Part shown: positions 8,048 through 17,770 of the stretch, one piece after another
Position numbering within the stretch: the first letter of the stretch is position 1
Layout of the letters: every line of letters begins with the position of its first letter
DNA from: Candidatus Sericytochromatia bacterium
Lineage (GTDB): Bacteria > Cyanobacteriota > Sericytochromatia > S15B-MN24 > VGJW01
Assembly: GCA_035285865.1 (NCBI GenBank)
Contig: JAYKHS010000028.1
Location: forward strand, 32,001-96,000
Direction of reading: 5' to 3'
DNA: 64,000 nucleotides
The notes under the pieces: generated by a model
Seen by the model: the letters and a program-made list of their open reading frames with translations, nothing else
The model's database searches: none
What the model was told of the DNA's origin: nothing
Program-made: the position numbers and the translations under genes

Positions 8048-9898
8048 TCAGTAGTACTGGCGTTCAGGGCGATCGTGGGTGCCGATCTTGCGGTCGCTGA
8101 CCCACGCCACGCCGAATTTCTGGACGTACAGGTGCATGAACTCCCGGTAGCGCAGGTAGAACCAGAGTCCGCGCCCGTATGCCTCCTCGCAGGAGGTCGT
8201 GCATCGGGTCATCATCTCGGACAGCTCATCGTCCTTCATGCCTTCGTCGGTCCGGATGGTGTAATGCGCATTGGCCGACAGCTCCTCGAAGCTCTCGTGG
8301 ACCTCGAGGATGCCTTGCTTCTCCGCCTCGCGGTAGAGGGCGGAGTGACGGCCCAGGGTAAAGACCGACCGACCATAGGAGTGAATGATGTCGGTGTTGG
8401 AGCAGATCATGTCGATGGTGGACTGGGCTTCCTCGCGGGTCTCCGTCGGGAAGCCGAAGAAGATGTAGGCGAAGTTCCAGATGCCGGCATCCGCCGAGCC
8501 CTTCAGTATGGGCAGGCGCCGCTCGAAGGCCACGCCTTTCTTGATCAGCTCGTGGATCCGCGGGGAGCCGGTCTCGACTCCCCAGAGCACCAGCCGCAGG
8601 CCGGATCGGTACAGCAGCTCCATCAGTTCGGCCGTGAATCCGTTCTCGAGACGACCGTTCGAAAACCAGGTGATGTCCAGTTTCTCGGCGATGAAGCGCT
8701 CGGCCATGGCGCGCATCATGGCTGGTCGAATGGCCTCGTCGATCAGCTGGAAGTGCCTGATCCCGTAGTTGTCCTTGAGGTGTCGGATTTCCTGAACCAA
8801 GCGATCCAGCGACTTCTCGTCCTCCGTGACGCCCCAGAAGCTGTCGCAGAACGAGCACAGGCCCCAGTAACAGCCCTTCCCGGCCTGGATGGTCAGCACC
8901 AACTCGGGACTCAGGTACTTGTCGAGCGGCAGGCCTTCCAGGTCCTGAATGCCGATGGCGTCCATCTTCGGGACGGGGCGAACGGGGGAAACACGCACGG
9001 TCTCCGCATCATGGGCCTTGTGCAGGAGATTGGGTACCTCGTCGAGGTCTCGTCCCTCGTGGACGGCCCGGGCCAGCAGCAGCATGGTGTGCTCGCCCTC
9101 GCCGATGGCGACGCTGTCGGCAAATTTCTCGAAGAAGCGCGGCCGTTTCGCGAGCGTGTCCTTCACGCGCTCGAAGAAGTTGCCGCCGATGGTGATGTGG
9201 ACATCCGGTCCGGCAGCCTCGCGCAACTTGCGGGCCAGCGTCAGGCCCGGCAGCACCTGCGAGAAGGCATTGATCGAGATGCCGATGATTTCCGGCCTCT
9301 CGGCCAGCATCGACGGGATGACTTCGTCATAGAAGGCCGCAAACATGTTGTTCGCGGCGTCTTCGGTGTGGACGACCATGTTCTCGACCGTCATCAGGCA
9401 GTCGGGCTGTTCGAAGTAGTTGAGCGCGAGACGCGCCGGATGGTACGGCATCGACACGGCCTGACACGCCAGGTCGAGCGTTTCCAGAGCATCGATCAGC
9501 AGGTCCGGGTTGTAGAACCGCCGGGGATCGCGCAGAGTCTCCACGGCATCGGCAATCTGGCGCGGCAGCGCTTCCAGCAGGTCGCCCTTCGCCGCCATGA
9601 AAACCTCGATGGCCTTGGCACGCTGGAGGTCGATGAGGACCTGCCGGTCGGTCTCGCCGAGCAGTTCCTTGAGGCGCGCCTCGACGCCCAGATATTCCTG
9701 CATCAGATGCAGGCGATTGCGGACCTCGGTCAGGTACTCCGGTTGGAAGATCCGATCGAACCATTCGATGTTGAGATCGCGGAGGACTACTTCTACCCCG
9801 TTGCGACGGAGATGCCCCGCGATGCCCCGAAGGGCGAAGTGGGGATTCTGCGCCGACCACTGGGGCGGAAAGGCGAGCAGGACCCTGGGTGACGACAC
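8048..9898 (-). CDS. B12-binding radical SAM protein (class B methyltransferase-like)
   Basis: IGIS..., ITIGG and GEGE cobalamin-binding region; CYWGLCSFC (CxxxCxxC); GVETGS; FFGFPTET. Confidence 0.92.
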   Translation of the reverse strand: MSSPRVLLAFPPQWSAQNPHFALRGIAGHLRRNGVEVVLRDLNIEWFDRIFQPEYLTEVRNRLHLMQEYLGVEARLKELLGETDRQVLIDLQRAKAIEVFMAAKGDLLEALPRQIADAVETLRDPRRFYNPDLLIDALETLDLACQAVSMPYHPARLALNYFEQPDCLMTVENMVVHTEDAANNMFAAFYDEVIPSMLAERPEIIGISINAFSQVLPGLTLARKLREAAGPDVHITIGGNFFERVKDTLAKRPRFFEKFADSVAIGEGEHTMLLLARAVHEGRDLDEVPNLLHKAHDAETVRVSPVRPVPKMDAIGIQDLEGLPLDKYLSPELVLTIQAGKGCYWGLCSFCDSFWGVTEDEKSLDRLVQEIRHLKDNYGIRHFQLIDEAIRPAMMRAMAERFIAEKLDITWFSNGRLENGFTAELMELLYRSGLRLVLWGVETGSPRIHELIKKGVAFERRLPILKGSADAGIWNFAYIFFGFPTETREEAQSTIDMICSNTDIIHSYGRSVFTLGRHSALYREAEKQGILEVHESFEELSANAHYTIRTDEGMKDDELSEMMTRCTTSCEEAYGRGLWFYLRYREFMHLYVQKFGVAWVSDRKIGTHDRPERQYY

Positions 9899-9909
9899 GG
9901 TCGATGTTC

Positions 9910-11079
9910 CTAGGCTGCCTTGGGGCTTTCCTTGCGCAGGTATGCGGCCAGCTCCCCGACGATGGGCACGATGCCCTCCTGACGGATCTGACGGATGCGC
10001 GCGACGGCTTCGTCGTGCTGCTTGATCTGTTCTGCGACGGCTTCACACGTGCCGCCGACCTTGAGATCCAGCAGGAACTTCTGCAGCTTCTTCTCCTCGG
10101 CGAGCAACTCCTGAAACTTCTTGACCTTCTCCATCACGTCTTCCGGGGCGAGGTCGCCGCTGTAGGCGGAGGTGTCGACGTCCGCCGCGGAAACCGTGGG
10201 CATCGGCGTCGGCGCGTTGGGCAGGCCTTTGCTCGACAGACCGGCCGGATCCACCGAGATGACCGGCGTGACTACTTTCTTGCCCTTGACGGCACCGGCC
10301 TGACGCATGGCGGCAGCTTCCTCGGCTTCGGCCTTCGCTTTCTCCATCGCCTTGGTGATGACGTCCATCGCAAGCTTCCAGGAGTTCATGTCCGGCTTGA
10401 AGTCGGGATCGATGCCGGCCTTGAGGAGGGCCTCCTTGAACTGGAGATCCTCGAAGCCGAGGGCGCCGTTGCCCTCCGTGTCGACGGCGATGGCGTTGCC
10501 GGTTGCGCGATTGACCAGTGCGATGCGGCCATCCACGCGGGTGATGTCGGCATCGATGCCGTATTCGCTCTTGAGCAGCTCCTTGAGCTTTTCGGGCTTC
10601 AGGCTTCCGCCGTTGTCACGAATCAGGGTGTAGACCGCAAGGGCCTCGCTTTCGAGCATCGAATACTTCTTGGCTGCGCCCATGCCGGCACCCGCGACTT
10701 CAATCGTGCGCGGGCGGGGCGAGACCTGCTCGGGTTCCGCATAGCTGACGGACTGCGCGGGGGCCGGGCCCGAGATGACCTTGGGTTCGCTGTCGGAGGG
10801 GCGGATGGTCGACGGCGGACTGTTCAACTGCACGACGTTGTCGGAGTAGGTTCCGGATCGTGCAGGCGCCGGCCCCGGTACCGTGGCGGACGGTCCCTCG
10901 ACCGGCTTCGGGGCCGAGGGAGCCGAGCCCATGTCGACGGCCACGTCGTCGCTCGGGAAGGTCGGGGTCTGCCGCTTCTGGTTCTCGTCCATCTGGACTT
11001 CGTCGAACGACGGAACCGAGGTCATGCCGGCGTTCGGCAAGGGGCCGGTCGCCGGACGGTTGATTTTCATGTCGGACAT
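9910..11079 (-). CDS. Hypothetical protein, Pro/Ser-rich N-terminus and coiled-coil C-terminus
   Basis: GGAGGAGG RBS before MSDMKINRP; strong coding bias; no signal peptide. Confidence 0.75.
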   Translation of the reverse strand: MSDMKINRPATGPLPNAGMTSVPSFDEVQMDENQKRQTPTFPSDDVAVDMGSAPSAPKPVEGPSATVPGPAPARSGTYSDNVVQLNSPPSTIRPSDSEPKVISGPAPAQSVSYAEPEQVSPRPRTIEVAGAGMGAAKKYSMLESEALAVYTLIRDNGGSLKPEKLKELLKSEYGIDADITRVDGRIALVNRATGNAIAVDTEGNGALGFEDLQFKEALLKAGIDPDFKPDMNSWKLAMDVITKAMEKAKAEAEEAAAMRQAGAVKGKKVVTPVISVDPAGLSSKGLPNAPTPMPTVSAADVDTSAYSGDLAPEDVMEKVKKFQELLAEEKKLQKFLLDLKVGGTCEAVAEQIKQHDEAVARIRQIRQEGIVPIVGELAAYLRKESPKAA

Positions 11080-11222
11080 GAAAGGGAATCCTCCTCCGAA
11101 GGGGACACGTGCGTGCCTGTTCATGATTTCGCGGACTAACGTGCGCCACGCGATACGTTTCACATACCCTTCACGCCCCTCTTTCCACCCTGTCCGGTAC
11201 GGCTGGCGCGGTAGAATGGGAC

Positions 11223-12248
11223 ATGAAGCTCGCGACCCTCGAACAGCGTGATCCGGCGACAGGACGCTTGCGTCCGGATGGGCGACTCGTGGTGGTTTCA
11301 CCGGATCACCGGTGGGGCCTCGAGGTTCCGGGCGTGCCCGACATGCTCGCGGCGATGGAGCGCTGGGACGAGAGCCGTCCTGCGTTCGCGGCGGCTGCCG
11401 CTCGTTTGGCCGCCGGAGAGGTGGCAGGTGCGGTCGATCTCGAAGCCGAGACGTTCATGGCACCCTTGCCTCGGACCTGGTCCTGGCTCGACGGCAGTGC
11501 CTTCATCCAGCACGTCATCCTCGTGCGCAAGGCGAGGGGAGCCGAACCCCCCGAGGATCTCCGCACCGTGCCGCTGATGTACCAGGGGGTCAGCGACAAT
11601 CTGCTCGGACCTGCGGCGGACCTGCCCCTGCGTGATCCCACGGACGGCATGGACTTCGAGGCCGAGGTCGCGGTGGTCCTGGGCCCGGTGGCGATGGGGG
11701 CGACGCCGGCCGAGGCCGCCAAGGCCATCCGGTTGATCATGTTGATGAACGACGTCAGCCTGCGCAATCTGATCCCGCGCGAATTGGCCGCCGGCTTCGG
11801 CTTCTTCCACGGCAAGCCGGCCTCCTCGTTTGCCCCGTTCGCCGTCACGCCCGACGAGGCCGGGGAGGCTTGGCGCGACGGGCGTCTGCACCTGCCGATG
11901 CGGTCGTGGCTGAACGGCAAGCCTTACGGCCATCCCGACGCGGGAGAGATGTTCTTCTCCTTTCCCGAACTCATCGCCCACGCTGCGGCGACGCGCGATC
12001 TCTCGGCGGGTACCATCCTCGGCAGCGGGACGGTATCCAATGCCGACCCGGCCGTCGGTTCCAGTTGTCTTGCCGAGCAGCGGATGCTCGAGAAGATCGG
12101 GACGGGCACCATGGTCACGCCCTTCATGCAGGACGGCGATCGCATCGAGTTGGACCTGCTCCTGCCGGATGGCCGCTCGCTCTGCGGCCGCATCGACCAG
12201 AAGGTGGTGCCTGCGGCCCGCCGTGTCGTGGCCGGGAGCGCGGGGTGA
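11223..12248 (+). CDS. Fumarylacetoacetate hydrolase family protein
   Basis: MKLATL, WLDGSAF, MYQG, DFEAE, NDVSLR, KP, ILGSGTVS motifs; TAGAAT 5 nt upstream. Confidence 0.92.
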   Translation: MKLATLEQRDPATGRLRPDGRLVVVSPDHRWGLEVPGVPDMLAAMERWDESRPAFAAAAARLAAGEVAGAVDLEAETFMAPLPRTWSWLDGSAFIQHVILVRKARGAEPPEDLRTVPLMYQGVSDNLLGPAADLPLRDPTDGMDFEAEVAVVLGPVAMGATPAEAAKAIRLIMLMNDVSLRNLIPRELAAGFGFFHGKPASSFAPFAVTPDEAGEAWRDGRLHLPMRSWLNGKPYGHPDAGEMFFSFPELIAHAAATRDLSAGTILGSGTVSNADPAVGSSCLAEQRMLEKIGTGTMVTPFMQDGDRIELDLLLPDGRSLCGRIDQKVVPAARRVVAGSAG

Positions 12249-13210
12249 GCCCCACGGGTCCTGAAGGCCTGCGCATCCTCGCGTCGGGACTCTTCGATCA
12301 CGCCGGCACCTTTCCGCCGGCGGCGCTTCCTTTCGACGAGGCTCTGGCCAAGGCTGCGGTCTTTCCGGAACGATTGGTCCGGCCGTGGCTGGTGGCAGCC
12401 GATCTCGTCGTGACGATGGCGCAGTTGGCCGAGCTCGACGCGGACCGCCTGCGCGCGGCTGGTTTCCGGGAGGGCCGCATGCTTCGCTGGGTCGTGCTGG
12501 GACCCGTGCTCAAGCCCGATGGGCCGGCCGCCGTGCATGCCGACCTGCTGGCGTGGCTGGCGGCACCATCGAATCCGTTGTTTCCACAGGTTGTGGCCAG
12601 TTACGAGGTCAGGGTCACCTGCCGACCCGGGGCCATCGGTTGGTTGCCCGAAGCCCTCGCGCCCATGGTGTCCGTGCTTGCGGACCGGGGCATTCGTCTC
12701 GTCGTCGAGCCGGACTGGGCTCCCGATGACTGGTTGGTCGGTGGATCCCAGCTGGCCGAATGCCTCGCCCGGATGCCTGAGCCTCGCCCCCTGCTCAAGG
12801 TCCGCGGATCCGGACCCACCGCCATCGACCTGCCCGCGCTCGCCCATGTGATCGCGCTCGTGGCCCGGCATGGCTTGGGCCTCAAGGCTACTGCGGGCCT
12901 CCATCATCCCGTGCGGGAGGAGCGGTGGGGGAACGATCTGGGCTTTCTCTCGCTGGCGGCGGCTTTGCGCTTCAGGCAGGCCCTCGGGAAGGAGGGCTTC
13001 CCGGATGCGGCTCTTCTGGCGTGTCTGGCCCAGGACGCTGTCCCCGGGGAGGATGCGTTCGGTTTCAGCCTGGACCAGGGCCTCGCGTGGAGGACCTGGA
13101 GCGTGGACAGCCTTGCCTTGGCCCGGATCGTTGGCCTGCAGCCGTTCTCGATCGGCAGCTGCAGCCTGGACGAGCCGGATGCGGATCTGGTCCGCGGTTT
13201 CGGTCGTTAG
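12245..13210 (+). CDS. Conserved hypothetical protein coupled to FAH
   Basis: GTGA overlap; GLFDHAGTFPPA, LKATAGLHHP and IGSCSLDEP motifs. Confidence 0.75.
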   Translation: MSPTGPEGLRILASGLFDHAGTFPPAALPFDEALAKAAVFPERLVRPWLVAADLVVTMAQLAELDADRLRAAGFREGRMLRWVVLGPVLKPDGPAAVHADLLAWLAAPSNPLFPQVVASYEVRVTCRPGAIGWLPEALAPMVSVLADRGIRLVVEPDWAPDDWLVGGSQLAECLARMPEPRPLLKVRGSGPTAIDLPALAHVIALVARHGLGLKATAGLHHPVREERWGNDLGFLSLAAALRFRQALGKEGFPDAALLACLAQDAVPGEDAFGFSLDQGLAWRTWSVDSLALARIVGLQPFSIGSCSLDEPDADLVRGFGR

Positions 13211-13216
13211 GGCGCT

Positions 13217-13870
13217 TCAGCGCACGCCGGCCATGGCGTCCGACATCCGGACCAGGCGATGTTCGGTGCCTTCGATGCCCAGCAAGGTCCGCTTGACCAG
13301 GTTCAGGGCGCGCAGTTCGGCTGGCGAAGGACGGCCAAAGGGGCTGCTGTAGAGATCCTCGTGCAGGGCCTTCATCTCGAGGGCGAGCAGACCATGGCGT
13401 TCGAGCGCCCGCTCGGTCACGGTCTGGGCGACGCCCATGGCCTTGCGTCCGTCCGGCATCGGGATGCCTGCCTCGGCGTGCCGGATGGCCTCGAGCACAC
13501 CTTGCATGTCGGTACGGATGTCCGCCAGAAGACCGATGCCGGTGAGCATGCGCGTCATCCGCATGTCCTCGTCCGCCTCTTCGCCGGGATCGGGGTAGGT
13601 CGCCGGCAGTATTTCCGCCAGGGCGGCCTTGAGCGTTCGGGTGTCTCGCTCTGCATCCGCGATGACCTGCAGCACCTGGCTCCTCAGCGCCGCGAGGCCC
13701 GGGTCTCGACGGCCAATCGAGAGGCTGTCGGGGCGAAGCGTGCTGCTGGTGCGTGCACGAGGGGTGCCGTCCGTGGTGCGCTCCGAGGTGGTCGGGGCCG
13801 TGGTCGGGGAACCGATGAAAAAGGAAAGCAAGGTCTTACTCCGAACAGTGTCATTGGCCTGGACGGCCAT
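13217..13870 (-). CDS. Hypothetical protein, Thr/Ser-rich N-terminus and helical body
   Basis: ORF fills the gap between convergent neighbours; plausible composition. Confidence 0.6.
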   Translation of the reverse strand: MAVQANDTVRSKTLLSFFIGSPTTAPTTSERTTDGTPRARTSSTLRPDSLSIGRRDPGLAALRSQVLQVIADAERDTRTLKAALAEILPATYPDPGEEADEDMRMTRMLTGIGLLADIRTDMQGVLEAIRHAEAGIPMPDGRKAMGVAQTVTERALERHGLLALEMKALHEDLYSSPFGRPSPAELRALNLVKRTLLGIEGTEHRLVRMSDAMAGVR

Positions 13871-13961
13871 ACCGGAGTGTCGCGCGCCTCGCACCGCTTC
13901 GTGCGGCATCCTTGGCCAAGGCAGGGTTAAGCGACGCCCAAGGAATGTTGAACGGGCTGCG

Positions 13962-15518
13962 TCAGGAGCTGCAGGACAGAGTGGCGCAACCGGGCGTGTC
14001 GTCGGCCCATCGCGGGGGCTTCGCCATCAGGTCTGCGATGTCGCCGCGCTCCGTCCACGGGTCTCGCATGGCTTCGGCAAGACGTGCCAGGGGCCGCGTG
14101 TCTCCACCTTCCGCCGCACGGATGACCTCGAGCAGGAGATGGTTCCGCGGCAGCAGGATCGGGTTGCTTCGGTCCATGACGGCCCGACGTTCCGCCGTTG
14201 GCCACGCATCCTCCCGGACGCGGGCCTGCCATCGCGCGACCCAGGTGGCAAGCGCTTCCCGAGCCTTGTCCTCGGCCTCTGACGGCAGGGCGTCGTCCAT
14301 GGACTCCGCCCGGAATGCCTCGTGAGGGTCCACGCGCCCGAGGAGCCGATGGAATAGGGTCCGGTCGGCCCGGGATGTCTCCAGCATGGTCCACATGGCC
14401 TCGATCAGCGCATCGTCCTCGGCCCCGCGGTGCACGGCCAGGCCTAGTTTGGCGGCCATCCCGGCACGGTCCAGATCGGCATAACTGCGCTGGTACGCTT
14501 CGAGGCCCGCCTCGAGTTCCTTCAGGTCTAGACCGAGCGGCAGCAGGGCTTCGGCCAGGCGGGCGAGGTTCCATCCCGCGATGAGAGGCTGTCGAGCATA
14601 GCAGTAACGCCTGCCGGCGAAGTCCGTCGTGTTGGGCGTGAAGGCCGGATCGTAGGCGGACAGCCAGCCGAAGGGTCCGTAGTCGATGGTCAGCCCCAGG
14701 ATGCTCATGTTGTCGGTGTTCATCACGCCATGGACAAACCCCAGATGCATCCACCGCACGACCATGGCTGCCGTACGGCGACAGACCTCGTGGAACAGCG
14801 CCGTCCAGCCTTCACGTCCGGGCGCGCCCAGGCCCGGGTAGAGCCGATTCAGGACATGGTTGACAAGGGCTTCGAGTTGTTCGGTTTCCTGATGAGCGGC
14901 AAGGATCTGGAAGTGGCCGAAGCGAACGAACGAGGGTGCCACGCGGGTCACGACGGCACCGGGCTCGTGCCGGGGATGGCCATCGTAGAACATGTCCCGG
15001 ATGACGGGCTCTCCCGTGGCGACGAGGGCGAGGGAGCGCGTGGTGGGGACGCCCAGAGCGGCCATGGCTTCGCTGCAGAGGTGTTCCCGAATCGAGGAGC
15101 GCAGCACGGCGCGCCCGTCGGCATGGCGCGAGTAGGGCGTGCGACCGGCTCCCTTGAGCTGCAGGTCCTGCATGGTGCCAGCCACGTCCCGGAGTGCGCC
15201 GATGACCGTTGCCCTGCCGTCCCCCAGTTGTCCGGCCCACGTGCCGAATTGATGGCCGCCGTAGCGTGCGGCCCAGGGCATGGGGGCACCCGGGTCGAGC
15301 CGACCACCCAGTTGGGCGATGGTTTCAGCGTCCGGTTCCGCCAGGCCCAGGCTGTCGGCGAGCGGGCCGGACCAGTCGAGCAGCACGGGTGCCGGTGGAG
15401 GTTCAGGAGGCGCAGGCGACCAGATCACGTCTCGGACCTGGCGCGGCTCCGGCAGGACGTGGTCTTCTCCGGGCAGATCCGTGGCAAAAGGTGAGGGTTG
15501 GAGCGGCAGGTACGGCAC
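13962..15518 (-). CDS. selO: SelO/YdiU protein adenylyltransferase
   Basis: YGGHQFG, QLGDGR, QLKGAGRTPYSRHADGRAVLRSS, HGVMNTDN, IDYGP; C-terminal CSS. Confidence 0.95.
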   Translation of the reverse strand: MPYLPLQPSPFATDLPGEDHVLPEPRQVRDVIWSPAPPEPPPAPVLLDWSGPLADSLGLAEPDAETIAQLGGRLDPGAPMPWAARYGGHQFGTWAGQLGDGRATVIGALRDVAGTMQDLQLKGAGRTPYSRHADGRAVLRSSIREHLCSEAMAALGVPTTRSLALVATGEPVIRDMFYDGHPRHEPGAVVTRVAPSFVRFGHFQILAAHQETEQLEALVNHVLNRLYPGLGAPGREGWTALFHEVCRRTAAMVVRWMHLGFVHGVMNTDNMSILGLTIDYGPFGWLSAYDPAFTPNTTDFAGRRYCYARQPLIAGWNLARLAEALLPLGLDLKELEAGLEAYQRSYADLDRAGMAAKLGLAVHRGAEDDALIEAMWTMLETSRADRTLFHRLLGRVDPHEAFRAESMDDALPSEAEDKAREALATWVARWQARVREDAWPTAERRAVMDRSNPILLPRNHLLLEVIRAAEGGDTRPLARLAEAMRDPWTERGDIADLMAKPPRWADDTPGCATLSCSS

Positions 15519-15527
15519 GACGGGATC

Positions 15528-16937
15528 CTAGCGCTTCCAGAGGTTTCGCCACCACGGCTCCGGCGTCGCGGTGGTCCCGAGGCCGGCGTCGCGCCTCAGC
15601 TTGGCGGTCGACCATCCTGTCAGGTTGGCGGCCGTGCGAATCTCCTCTTCCTGACGTCGCCGCAGGGAGTCCTTGTAGGTCTTGCCCTCGGGGCATGCGG
15701 CGGGCCCTGTGAAGGGGTGCTGGAGGACGAAGCGGACCTGGAAGTTCTCGCGATCCCGGGTCTCCTGGAAGATCAGGTCTTCGGGAAAGGTTTCGGCCGA
15801 ATAGCGGACGTGCAGGCGGGTTACCACCGCATCCACGGGACCGCCGCCCGGCACGGGCACGCGCCGACGGCCCGGGATCAAGCCGGGGCGTGTGTTCTCG
15901 GCACTCTCGTCGTCCAGCCACCATACGCCCAGCTGGCGAAGCTGGTCGGCGGAGAGCGGGTCCGCGGCGCAGGGATCGCACCACCCCATGTCCCAGAAGT
16001 GCTCGGTGAAGACTGCGCGCTGGTCTTCACGCTTCCACGCCGTCTCGAACATGGCCTTGTAGAACGCCTTGAAGTCCTTCTTCAGATGGACGGGAATCGT
16101 CTTGCCGGTCGGCAACTTCACCGTTCGATAGTTGGTGGTCTCGACGCGACCCTTTCGGGTGATCGCGTAGACCAGCATGTCCTGGGGGCCCTTGGCGTTG
16201 GCCATGCCCAGCCGGATGGGCAACATGAACTTCGGGCTCTCGAAGGCGAACTGCAGGGGCCGGAGGTGCTGCAGGCCGGTCTTGGCCTGTTCGCCCAGGT
16301 TGACCTTGGCGACGAAGAACTTGTGTCCGGTGCGGATGTAGGGTGCCAGCGCCCTTCGCGCCTTTGGGGGGATTCGGTAGCCGTTCTGGCGCAGCCAGGT
16401 CTCGAGGCCCGTGGACTCCCGGGCCGACAGGATCAGGATGTCGTATTCGCCGACGGTATATTGCGCCTCGATGACGACGCCAAGCTCGGCTGACTTGCGC
16501 GCGCTGCCAGCCATCGGGGCCGCTCCTGGGGCCGAGGACATGCGTTCATCCAGCATCCCCCTGCGGCGGATGTCATTGCAGGGATCGTCGTCGAAGTACT
16601 CGACGAGGCGCGGGGCCGTGAAGGCGTCCAGATGATCGAACACGGCGCGTTCGGCTACGTTGATCTGTTCGCGTTGCAGCACGGCGGGTACCGGCACGAC
16701 CATGGCGAACTCCTTGAGCGGTCCCTTGTAGTCGCTGGCCATGCCGATCACGGTGCGGTTGCCTTCCCGGACCATCACCACCCGCGAGGTCTCGTTGTAG
16801 AGGGAGGCATCCGCCTTGGCCACATAGAACCCGCAGAAAGCGCGGGCCTCAGGCGGTGCGGCAAGGCTGGCCGCGACCAGGAGGGCTGCGAGCAGGGCGG
16901 GGCGACGGCGCTCAGGCCGGGGCGACGACGGGGGCAT
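15528..16937 (-). CDS. DUF2330-like exported protein
   Basis: Signal ARA-FCGFYVA; FAMVVPVP, APRLVEY, CDPC, TRLH motifs. Confidence 0.8.
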   Translation of the reverse strand: MPPSSPRPERRRPALLAALLVAASLAAPPEARAFCGFYVAKADASLYNETSRVVMVREGNRTVIGMASDYKGPLKEFAMVVPVPAVLQREQINVAERAVFDHLDAFTAPRLVEYFDDDPCNDIRRRGMLDERMSSAPGAAPMAGSARKSAELGVVIEAQYTVGEYDILILSARESTGLETWLRQNGYRIPPKARRALAPYIRTGHKFFVAKVNLGEQAKTGLQHLRPLQFAFESPKFMLPIRLGMANAKGPQDMLVYAITRKGRVETTNYRTVKLPTGKTIPVHLKKDFKAFYKAMFETAWKREDQRAVFTEHFWDMGWCDPCAADPLSADQLRQLGVWWLDDESAENTRPGLIPGRRRVPVPGGGPVDAVVTRLHVRYSAETFPEDLIFQETRDRENFQVRFVLQHPFTGPAACPEGKTYKDSLRRRQEEEIRTAANLTGWSTAKLRRDAGLGTTATPEPWWRNLWKR

Positions 16938-17739
16938 CGGGATGGCCTCGCAGGGATGAGGGCGGCACGGGCCACTGATGGCGCGTTGCCCGGAGCAGAC
17001 GATCGAGGACGGGGACGAGCGGTGTACACAGGACGAGCGCCACGACAGGGCCGTGCGGACGGTAAAGGCCGTACTGCCAGAAGAATGCGACCAGCGCCAC
17101 GATGGCGGCGTGCATGAATCTGGCCCATCGGTGATCAGGCGTGGTGCGCGGGTCGGAAATCATGAAAAACGCGAACAGGATGAGCGAGCCGGTGGTGAAT
17201 TGATGGCCGAGCACGCCCCAGTTCTGCCCCAGCCAGCCGATCCGCCCGGCGCAGAGGGCAGACCAGCAAGCGAGGAAGCCGAGCGCGCTGTCCATGCGTC
17301 CGGCGCGCAGCGTGACACCCGTGCCCAACATCAGGATCCAGCCGGCCAGGATCCACGCGTGCCCCCACTGGCCGGGTGAGGTCCACGCACCCGGGAGCAG
17401 TGCCATGGCGACGACGACACCCAAGTTGGCCGGATTGAAGAGAGCCTTGTCCTGCCAACGCAGCGTGAACTTGGCCACGATGCCCAGCGTGGCACAGAGC
17501 GGATGAACCCAGAGGTTGTCCGCCCGGACAAGCAGGCTGAGGCCGAGGCCGGTAATGGCTGCGCTGGCCATATTCCTGCCCTTGCCCAGAAGGCCCTGCC
17601 AGGCAAGGGCCGTAGCGAGGCACAGGAGCACTTGCACCGGCTGCAGGGAAAAGTCTCGGACCAGCACGCCGAAGAGCAGCAGGGATCCAAGGAAAGTCAG
17701 TTGCAGGATCCTGGGGTCTTCGTGATGCAGCATCACCAC
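16912..17739 (-). CDS. RnfD/NqrB-like membrane protein (stand-alone)
   Basis: DPR, SAAITGL, FNPAN, FFMISDPRTTP; multiple TM helices. Confidence 0.8.
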   Translation of the reverse strand: MVMLHHEDPRILQLTFLGSLLLFGVLVRDFSLQPVQVLLCLATALAWQGLLGKGRNMASAAITGLGLSLLVRADNLWVHPLCATLGIVAKFTLRWQDKALFNPANLGVVVAMALLPGAWTSPGQWGHAWILAGWILMLGTGVTLRAGRMDSALGFLACWSALCAGRIGWLGQNWGVLGHQFTTGSLILFAFFMISDPRTTPDHRWARFMHAAIVALVAFFWQYGLYRPHGPVVALVLCTPLVPVLDRLLRATRHQWPVPPSSLRGHPDAPVVAPA

Positions 17740-17770
17740 GCGGCGCAGCCCTCCGACGACGAGGGCAAGT

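Noticed and set aside
8075..11139. Long plus-strand ORFs (605 and 416 aa)
   Set aside because: Antisense shadows of the rSAM and hypothetical genes
13962..13985. Selenocysteine in SelO
   Set aside because: The C-terminus reads CSS followed by a normal stop; this is the Cys form
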